Notes under the pieces: generated by a model
The model's database searches: none
What the model was told of the DNA's origin: nothing
Seen by the model: only the letters and a program-made list of their open reading frames with translations
Assembly (NCBI GenBank): GCA_002104945.1
Contig: MCFH01000196.1
Span: forward strand, 1-18,448
Reading direction: 5' to 3'
DNA length: 18,448 bases
Origin: Piromyces finnis finn
Lineage: Eukaryota; Fungi; Neocallimastigomycota
Position numbers and translations under genes: made by a program
Shown here: in pieces, positions 10,252 to 18,448 of the stretch
Layout: each line of letters begins with the position of its first letter
Position numbering within the stretch: the first letter of the stretch is position 1

Positions 10252-11048
10252 TGTAAAATATTCTATTCTAAGTTCAGGTTTGTATACACTAAATCAAACT
10301 AACACTAGTTATAAATTTATTTATTATTAAACTTTATTTATTTATTAAATTATATTAAACTAAACTAAACTAAAACAACCGTTGATTACTTTACCGTGAA
10401 GGATATTTTACCAGAGCCCTCACTAGGTAATCAATTTATATTTATTTAAAACTAAAATTATTAATCTAAACTATAAACTAATTATAAACTAATGTTAATT
10501 TATCTAAACAACATTAACCTATACGATTTTCCAACTATCGTTTCAATAGTTGAAAAATTTTCTTTATTTATACTTTTTAAATAAATTGAATAAATTCTAA
10601 TATACATGTTTTAATATTATAATTTTACATTGTTTACATTTATACATTTATTAAAAGAAATTATTTGTATTAAACTATTTAAATTCAATTTATTTACTAC
10701 AGAATTTTCTAAACTTAAAATAAAGTTTTGATTTATTTACTATATGGTTGATTATATTTCAAACATATATTCAATTTATTTATTTCTAATTTTGAGGCTT
10801 AGTTTATAAAAAAAATTTTTTATTATCTAAAATATTTATTGGTTAAAATTTATTTAATTTAAAATTTTATTTTATCATCAAAAACTTTATCTTATCATAA
10901 AATTATATTTTACATAAATTTATGTTAATGTATTGTGATATAAATTTTTGTAATTAAAAAATAAAATTTACGGTACATTAATTTAATACATTATACATTA
11001 TTTTAAATACGTATTAAATACATTATTCTATTAATACAATATTTTACA
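10252..11048 (-). repeat. Complete 5' LTR of B, 797 bp
   Basis: Terminal inverted repeat TGTAAAATATT(G/C)TATT, 15/16 matching. The first ~180 nt match both 3' LTR stubs. Confidence 0.85.
10526..10572 (-). promoter_or_regulatory. Putative LTR core promoter: TATAAATA (10572-10565) and predicted TSS/self-primer at 10536-10526
   Basis: The TATA-like box lies 29-36 nt upstream of the 11-mer complementary to the PBS. TATA-like words are common in this DNA, so support comes mainly from the spacing. Confidence 0.55.
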
Positions 11049-11067
11049 TTTTAGATGTGTAATGAAT

Positions 11068-13091
11068 TGTAGTAATTTCTTATTATTGTTTACAGAAATT
11101 ACTATCTACAATAATATTAACGAATAATATTGTAGTATTATTATGCGGAAATAAGAAGTATTGAACAAATTAGAATAGAAAATAGAAAGTAAAAATAAAA
11201 CTTATCGAGTTTATTATAAAGATTTATAATAAACAACCAAACACAAAGAGTCAAATGGGTCGTAAGTTTTTTTAGTTAAATTACTGATTTATTAGAAGGA
11301 TATTTTATTTAATTAAAAAGAAAAATGTATTTATGTTATTTATTATAACGTATTCCTTTATAATAATAACTCTTGAATTTCTAAGGAATTTCAAGAGTGT
11401 TTTATTTATAATTTTATTAAAAAATAAGGTTAAATAAACGGGTTCTAATCTTAACAAATAAAATGTTTAGGAAAAGACTAGAAGAAAAACCTAAACATGA
11501 TTTTCGATCAATATTCTAGTCATATTGATCTTCGTGTAATTTTAAGTAAAACCGAATGCTTCTTTAAAGCGAAATCGGGAAAACCTTAAAATTCCGATTC
11601 CTATTTTATCCGTGCTTAATACAATACATAAAATATAATTAATACATAATTTAAAACAATAAGTGTAATGAATATAGTTAGTCAAAATTAAATGTATAAG
11701 ATAAATAATAAGTAAATAAATTATTTATATTAATTAAATGTACATAAAAATTAATAATTAAATAAATTTATAAAGTTAATTAAATATATAAGAATATAGC
11801 AAGTAAATAAATTTTATATTTTATATAAGTGTATATAAAATTAATATTTTAAGTAAATCATAAGTATTAACTAAATGAATGAAATATTAAATAATTTAAT
11901 AAATTATTAGTAATAGTTGAATGTATAGAAAATAATAATTTAAATAAATTTGTATTAAATAATAAGAAATAATAATTATTCAATTATGAATAATTAATAT
12001 TTCTTATATGATGATGCGTTGACCGATATATTTTTGAATAATATAATATTTTATATAAATAATAAATTCTAATATTTATGATGAAACAATAAATTTAAAA
12101 TAAAATAAAATATGTTTTATAATTAACAAATAAATCACTCAAAAACTCGAAAATAAACTCTTTTTATTATGTTTAAATTATCTCTTTATTATATTTATAA
12201 TTTATTTATTGTCTATTTATTGTCCCCCCTTTATAAAGAAGAATTTTATCTTCCTTTTATACATTTTCATTTATTACATGTATTATTATTTTTAACTATT
12301 AAATGTTATTATTACTATTGTTATTATTTATTAAAATTAAAAGAATAAATTAAAATTATGTCTTAGTATTATAAAATATTATAGAATATTACTTATTTGA
12401 TTTTCTTATTACTTCAAAATGTTTAAATTTAGAAAAATTATTATAAATTATCATTGACTATCATTAAATGTATAATACCTTGAATAAAATAATTAAAATT
12501 TAAAATTAAAATAATATTAAAATAAAATTAAAATGAAATTAAAATATTAAAAGTATCAATTATTATAAACACTCATTTTATACAGAAACATAAAAGAGTT
12601 CTGTATTTTATCTTTGAAATTGTTATTATTGTTCTATTTCCAGGCTTTAAATTAATCACTTTTAGTAATAATTACTCAGTTATTTATTTGTTAATTTATA
12701 TATATAAGTTTGAAAGAATTTCTAAAGAACACTTGGATAAAACACTAGAATTAATAATTTAATGTATATCATTTTATTTTTTTTTAGTTTATTTATTCAT
12801 TTTTATTTACTTATTATTATTTTATTATTTTAATACATTTTTGGATTGAGTCGTTTTATTTTATTTAATAATTTATTTTATTATTATCTCTATTAAGTCG
12901 TTTTTTTATTCATAATTTATTATTTAATAAAGAGAATATTATTTATTTAAAAGAAAGGGTTATATTTCCATAAAATTATTATTTATTCATTTTTAAGGGT
13001 TATTATCTTTTATTTTTATTATAAGTCGCTATGGGTTAAGTCGTGTTTATTCGGCTAGTTTTTATTACGTTTTTATGTGAGTAGCGTATCA
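11068..13091. mobile_element. Insertion D: 2,024-bp non-coding TG...CA element with 6-bp TSD (ATGAAT); probable large solo LTR of another family
   Basis: ATGAAT at 11062-11067 and 13092-13097 flanks a segment absent from C's 3' LTR. Ends are TGTAG...TATCA with no TIR and no long ORF. There are degenerate ~91-bp tandem units (11710, 11801), an A-rich left part and a T-rich right part. Confidence 0.75.
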
Positions 13092-13107
13092 ATGAATACT
13101 AGAAATA

Positions 13108-13180
13108 ACTAAATTGTCTTAGTGGTTAGTAGCTAAGACTTTGAGTCTGAATGACACTAGTTCGAGACCTCATAGATACT
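13108..13180 (+). pseudogene. Degenerate tRNA-Gln(TTG)-like sequence / Pol III type-2 promoter in U3 of C's 5' LTR
   Basis: A-box-like TGTCTTAGTGG 13115-13125; B box GTTCGAGAC 13160-13168 at 45-nt spacing; anticodon arm TAAGA-CTTTGAG-TCTGA (4/5 pairs, TTG 13141-13143); T4 at 13182-13185. Acceptor, D and T stems do not pair, so it is not a functional tRNA. Confidence 0.7.
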
Positions 13181-13531
13181 ATTTTAAAAAAATTATAATT
13201 TTATTTTATTTTATTTTATTTTATTTTTAAATTTTATTTTATATGAAGATTATTGATTGGTTAAGAATTTTAAGTTGAAAAAATTTTATAAATTAATTTA
13301 AAAAATTTTTAGTATAAATACGAGTGAATTTTCCCAAATATTTTAAAGAATCGAGATTTTATTAATAAATAATTATATTATTAAACACTAACTTATTAAG
13401 TTAAATTCTATGTGTTTTTAATAATATTTTTATAAATTAATAATTTACAGAATATTTTAAAGTGTTAATATTACTAAGTTATTTAGTAAATATTATAATT
13501 TGTTTTATTGTTAAAGACACATTTCTTTACA

Positions 13532-16500
13532 CTAAGAAGTCTTCTGTTAACTTTTCTACTTCGTCTCTCTCAAATCAAGAACCAACTTCTGTTTTGACTT
13601 CTTTTTCTGATTCTAATATTCAATCCAATTCTATTCTCAAATCCGATTCAAACCTCTAAATCAGAACCCAATTCTTCTATATACTTCCGGATGTTCTTTT
13701 CTGACTTTGCTGATGTCTTCATGAATCTAAGCTGAAAAACTTCCTCCACACCGTCCATACGATTGTGAAATAAAACTCAAAGAAAATTCAAAACTGTTTA
13801 TGGACCGATTTATCCTCTAAACAGAAACCGAATCAATTGCTTTAAAGAATATATAAAAGAAAATCTCAAGAAAGGATTTATTAGAAAATCAAAATCGCCT
13901 GCGGAGCTCCTATTCTGTTTGTACCTAAGAAAAACGGTCAACTTCGTATGGTGTTGACTATCGCCAATTAAACTCCATAACTATTCCGTATTCTTATCCC
14001 CTTCCTCTTATACAAGATATGCTTGAACATCTTGGAAAAGGGAAGATTTTCTCAAAATTGGATTCTTCGTTCTGCCTATAACTTGGTCAGGATTAAAAGT
14101 GTGATGAATATAAAACCGCTTTTACTTGCAAGTTAGGTCATTTTGAATACTGTGTGATGCCTTTTGGGTTGAAAAATGCACCTGCTGTTTTTCAACATTT
14201 CATTAATGATGTTCTTGAAGACGTTCTTGGTAAATTCGCTTTCTCTTACATAGATGATATTATTATTTTTTCCTCTGATTATAATCTCATATATCTCATG
14301 TCAAAACTGTTTTGAAACTCCTGAGGATGCTGGCTCTATGCTAAATTGGAAAAATGCGAGTTCTTTGTTTCTTTTATTGATTTCCTTGGTCATAGGATTT
14401 CTACTGATGGTATTCACATGACCCAAATAAAGTTTCTTCTATTTTAAACTGGCCTACTCCATCTAATGTTAAAGAGGTTCAATCTTTTCTTGGTCTTGCG
14501 AACTACTACCGTCGATTTATTCCAAATTTTGCAAAGATCGCTCATCCTTTGCATAAACTTTTGAAGAAAAATGTTAATTGTATGGTCTAAAGAAGCTCAA
14601 GATGCTTTCGATTCACTCAAGTCCTTATTTGTTTCTGCTCCTGTTCTTATATTTCCTAATCGTGAACTTCCATTCATAGTCGAAACTGATTCAAGTAACT
14701 TTGCCATTGTGCTATTCTCTCGCAAGTCTCTCCAATTGATAATATGACCCATCCAGTTGCTTTCTTTCTCGCTCTCTTACTGGTCCTGAACGTAATTATC
14801 CAATATATGATAAAGAGCTCTTAGCTATCGTTGCTGCTCTTGAAACATGGCGTCATCTACTTAAAGGCTCTTCTTCTACTTTTAAGATTTACTCGGATCA
14901 TCGAAATTTACTCTATCAAAAGAAACCTGAAAAAATGTCTCAACGTCTTGTTCGCTGGGCTTTGTTTCTCTCTGAATTTAACTTTGTTATTATTTATCGT
15001 TCTGGTTCTTCTAACGGTAAGCCTGATGCTCTATCTCGTCGTCCTGATTATGCTATCAATTCGAATTCCTCTTCTGATGTTCCTTTTAATGTCTTCGCCC
15101 TGAAACTTTTGTGCCATTGTGACTTCTGTTTCGTCCATTAGTGATTCTTTCTTTCCGAATATATAAATGATGACTTTTACAATAAAATCTGTGAATATCT
15201 TGATTGTAGGAAACCTCCAATACCTCACCCTCAAATTGACAAATTTTCCTTAACATAGTTTTCTCCTTTTACTGACAGAATCTATGTTCCTCCAAATTGT
15301 CGTCTTTCAATTCTTAAACTCTGTCATGACTCTCCTTCAGCTGGTCATTTCGGAATAAAGAAAACATCTTCTCTTATTGCTAGAGATTCTGGTGGCCTTC
15401 TATTTCTTCTGATGTTAAAGACTACGTTCGTTCTTGTGAAGTTGTTGTCGTTCAAAAACCTTTCGTCATAAACCTTATGGTCTTCTGAATCCTCTTGATA
15501 TTGCTGAGCGTCCTTGGTCATCCATTTCAATGGATTTCATTACAGATTTGCCTTCATCTTCTGGTTTCACTTGCATTCTTGTTGTTGTTGATCGTCTTAC
15601 AAAAAGGTTCATCTCATTCCGTTCAAAAGTATTCCTTCCGCCGCCGAAACAGCCACAGCCTTATTGATAATATTTTCCGTTTTCATGGCCTACCTGAATC
15701 TATTGTCTCGGATAGAGGTTCTCAATTTACCTCTAAATTCTTCCAATCCATCTGTTCCTCCCTTGGCATTGAACTTAAGTTGTCTACTCCATTTCATCAT
15801 CAATCAAACGGTCAGACGGAGAGGTGAACTCCGTTATAGAACAAATTTAAGATGTTTCTCAAATTATAAAGGTTCAAATTGGAAAAGTTTTCTTAGTCTT
15901 GCAGAATTTAGTTATAACAACGTGGTCCAAGAATCATCCAAATTTTCTCCATTCTTTTTGAATTACGGCTTTCATCCAAAATATTCACCAGTTATTCCAG
16001 ACTTATCTAAAGTCCCAAGAGCAGAAGAGTTTACAAGAGATTTTAAAACTTTAATAATACCTTAAAAGAAAATTTAAAATCTGCCATGGAAACCCAGAAG
16101 AAGCATGCTGACAAACGTAGAAAAGAAGCTCCGAATTTTAAAGTTGGTGACAAAGTTTGGCTGGATAGTTCTTTAATTATCCACAAAGGAAATAAAAAAT
16201 TTAAGCCAAGAAAACTCGGCCCATACAAAATCTTGGAAAAAATATCAAATGTTACATTTAAATTAAGTCTCCCAAAATCTATTAAGATTCATCCAGTTAT
16301 TCATGTATCCAATCTCGAGAAATATGTCGAAGATAAATTTGGAAGATCTCAACCACCACCGCCACCTATTACCGTTGACAATGAAGAAGAATACGAAGTT
16401 GAAGAAATTCTGGATAAAAGAAGACATTACGGAAAATACAATACCTGATTAAATGGAAAGGTATTCAATCAATGAAGCTTCGTGGGAGCCTGAAGAAGAT

Positions 16501-16544
16501 CTAAATTGCAAGGGCTACTTAAAAAATTTAATAGAAAGAAATAA
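13532..16544 (+). pseudogene. pol: 5'-truncated pol of C (PR-RT linker, RT, RNase H, integrase, chromodomain), many 1-bp frameshifts
   Basis: LPPHRPYD; [13 protein letters not shown]; YIDD 14247-14258; VETDSS; GKPDALSRRPD; [15 protein letters not shown]; DRGSQF; HHQSNGQTER; GPYKI; chromodomain EYEVEEILD...W.GY...SWEPE at ~16389-16530, reconstructed across frameshifts. Confidence 0.93.
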
Positions 16545-16841
16545 AAAATAGTTAAAAAATTCAAATTATATTTATTATTATATTAAAATCACAATTATTA
16601 TTATTATCAAAACTTATTAATATCATTATCAATATCAATTTTATTATTAAACAATTTATTAATATCAAATTTATCAATATTTTATTTTTAACTTTAGTAA
16701 TATTAAAAAAAAAAAAATGTATTTTATTATATTAAATGTATTTTTATAATTAAGAAAATTCACTCCTTAGTTTAGTTTATTAAAAAAGAAAAACATATAT
16801 TTAAATATTAAAATTCTAGATTCGTCTGGTATCCGAATCCT

Positions 16842-16850
16842 GGAGGAGGA
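16842..16850 (+). promoter_or_regulatory. Polypurine tract of C
   Basis: GGAGGAGGA, then CCA, then the LTR start TGTAATG at 16854. Confidence 0.85.
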
Positions 16851-16853
16851 CCA

Positions 16854-17292
16854 TGTAATGAATACTAGAAATAACTAAATTGTCTTAGTGGTTAGTAGCT
16901 AAGACTTTGAGTCTGAATGACACTAGTTCGAGACCTCATAGATACTATTTTAAAAAAATTATAATTTTATTTTATTTTATTTTATTTTATTTTTAAATTT
17001 TATTTTATATGAAGATTATTGATTGGTTAAGAATTTTAAGTTGAAAAAATTTTATAAATTAATTTAAAAAATTTTTAGTATAAATACGAGTGAATTTTCC
17101 CAAATATTTTAAAGAATCGAGATTTTATTAATAAATAATTATATTATTAAACACTAACTTATTAAGTTAAATTCTATGTGTTTTTAATAATATTTTTATA
17201 AATTAATAATTACAGAATATTTAAAGTGTTATATTACTAAGTTATTTAGTAATATTATAATTTGTTTATTGTTAAAGACACATTTCTTTACA
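16854..17292 (+). repeat. 3' LTR of C, 439 bp
   Basis: TGTAA...TTACA, followed by the TSD AGATG. Near-identical to the 5' LTR. Confidence 0.93.
16874..16946 (+). pseudogene. Second copy of the tRNA-Gln-like/Pol III module, in C's 3' LTR
   Basis: Identical to 13108-13180 (A box 16881-16891, B box 16926-16934). Confidence 0.7.
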
Positions 17293-17900
17293 AGATGTAA
17301 AAAATCCTTACATGTTACATCACATAAAATACTTTAAACACAACTTAACCCTATTAATAAATATATAAAATTATGTGTAACCTAAATGTTCCCATAATAT
17401 TGTCTCCATTACAGTGCATCTATCTTTTTAATTGTGGCACATGCTTTTGTTTTTATTTTATGATGCACTTTTTGTGTGTTACTATAGTGCATCTATCCCT
17501 TTAACCATACCAGGTATTTCCTTTACCCTTTATAATGCACTTGATCTTGCTGGTATTTCCCTTATGATGCACTCTTGTCCCCACTATTAGAGACTGGTAC
17601 CAACTTTGGCCTACCAAGAACAAGGCCTCCCATAGATATAACCCGAGCGGCGACATGCCACGGGCATTACATATGCCCTAACGAATTAGGAAAGCTTACG
17701 CTTCCTCAAATTCTTTCTGCTCTAATCTTGCTCGGGAAAAAATACATAACCAGGAATTTAGTATGACCTAGATTTCTTGATCCATAAAGCCTAGATTTTG
17801 CCAGATTACTAAATTTTCCTGGCTAAACTTCTGCCTGAGGTCAAATTTCTTCTGGCTAAAAAGTCTGGCTAAAACGGCCAATATTAAACTTTAATTAATA

Positions 17901-18013
17901 ATAAAATTATAATGTAATTACTAATGTAATGTTTCTTAGAATAATCGTAGCATATAAAATAAAATTATAATGTAATTACTAATGTAATGTTTCTTAGAAT
18001 AATCGTAGCATAT
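17901..18013 (+). repeat. Tandem duplication, 58-bp period
   Basis: ATAAAATTATAATGTAATTACTAATGTAATGTTTCTTAGAATAATCGTAGCATAT at 17901-17955 and 17959-18013. Confidence 0.95.
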
Positions 18014-18378
18014 AGTATTACTAATTGACATTAGCCACATATTTTAGTATAAAAAGAAATTGTAAATGTATTATCAAAATCTTTGTAATTACCTTTATTA
18101 AATTAAATTTAATAAACATAATAAATAAACTTTATCAAACCTAAATTTACTTTTCATAAACAAACGCTAGTATCATTATTATAGTAACTATTTTTAATCA
18201 TTTCAACATATTTCTAATATTAAATACATTTAAAAATTATAAAAAATTGTTTTTTGAATTACTATTATTTTTTCAATAAATGAAATAATACTAATTATTA
18301 ATCTTTTTTTTTACATAATTTGATTATATTTACATGGTTTTGATTAAGTTTGTAAATATAATTTTAATATTACTTTTT

Positions 18379-18380
<2 letters not shown>

Positions 18381-18426
<46 letters not shown>

Positions 18427-18448
18427 TTCCGAGTGCATTTCTCCCATC
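18381..18448 (-). mobile_element. Second copy of the poly(A) retroposon 3' end, cut by the window edge
   Basis: T43 + AACTTCCGAGTGCATTTCTCCCATC. It matches 7071-7129 except for one extra C in each of two C runs. Confidence 0.85.

Larger units (their letters stand above)
5013..11048 (-). mobile_element. Ty3/gypsy chromovirus copy B (full 5' LTR, truncated 3' LTR)
   Basis: Same family as A on the minus strand: 5' LTR 11048-10252, PBS, leader, gag-pol, PPT, partial 3' LTR. The left boundary is approximate. Confidence 0.95.
11058..13531 (+). repeat. 5' LTR of C in two pieces: 11058-11067 and 13092-13531
   Basis: 11058-11067 (TGTAATGAAT) equals the first 10 nt of the 3' LTR. 13091-13531 matches 16857-17292, and I saw only 1-bp indels. 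It contains (ATTTT)6 at 13198-13227. Confidence 0.88.
11058..17292 (+). mobile_element. Ty3/gypsy chromovirus family C; internally deleted (no PBS/gag/PR), 5' LTR split by insertion D
   Basis: Perfect 5-bp TSD AGATG at 11053-11057 and 17293-17297. TGTAA...TTACA termini and paired LTRs. Confidence 0.9.

Noticed and set aside
11463-11588. Possible ~40-codon frameshifted ORF in D (MFRKRLEEKPKHDF...)
   Set aside because: Short, needs an assumed error, and shows no recognisable similarity.
12954-13037. AAGGGTT motifs as telomeric repeats
   Set aside because: Dispersed, not tandem, and not TTAGGG.
13088-13092. C's 5' LTR simply lacking its TG and TSD
   Set aside because: The missing start and the TSD were found at 11053-11067, displaced by insertion D.
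13108-13180. A functional tRNA-Gln gene
   Set aside because: The acceptor stem has no pairs, and the D and T stems are largely unpaired.
13462-13531. N-terminal part of ORF 13462-13659 as coding
   Set aside because: It lies within the LTR. Only the part after 13531 is pol linker.
17575-17766. 63-aa ORF right of C
   Set aside because: TTG start, no recognisable domain, embedded in repeats.
17413-17873. Short spaced repeats as a CRISPR array
   Set aside because: Several different motifs of 9-12 bp with irregular spacing, in a eukaryotic TE context.
18329-18345. TTTACA-TGGTTTT as an LTR end plus tRNA PBS
   Set aside because: Beyond TGG it does not resemble a tRNA 3' complement, and no internal region follows.

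Overview
Very AT-rich eukaryotic DNA made almost entirely of nested LTR retrotransposons. I see no host genes, rRNA or CRISPR. The composition would fit an anaerobic gut fungus (Neocallimastigomycota), but that is inference only. Layout: (A) 1-~5006 (+) is a Ty3/gypsy chromovirus copy (5' leader, gag-PR-RT-RH-IN-chromodomain, PPT, truncated 3' LTR). (B) ~5013-11048 (-) is a sibling copy joined tail-to-tail to A, giving a ~10-kb inverted repeat. B keeps a full 797-bp 5' LTR with a Tf1-type 11-nt self-priming site, and carries a tiny poly(A) retroposon with a 13-bp TSD in RNase H. (C) 11058-17292 (+) is a second chromovirus family with a perfect AGATG TSD, ~439-bp LTRs and gag/PR deleted. (D) 11068-13091 is a 2-kb non-coding TG...CA insertion with a 6-bp TSD, lying 10 bp inside C's 5' LTR. 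A repeat-rich tail follows, ending in a second copy of the poly(A) retroposon end. Most notable: C's LTRs begin with a degenerate tRNA-Gln(TTG)-like module (A box, B box and anticodon arm in exact tRNA register), and D sits 16 bp upstream of it, the distance typical of yeast Ty3/sigma. This suggests an LTR-borne Pol III promoter acting as a landing pad for tRNA-targeting elements. Caveat: most frameshifts are 1-bp losses in short runs, typical of unpolished long-read consensus, so the intact or decayed status of A and C cannot be judged, and the A/B junction needs read support. All alignments and counts were done by eye.
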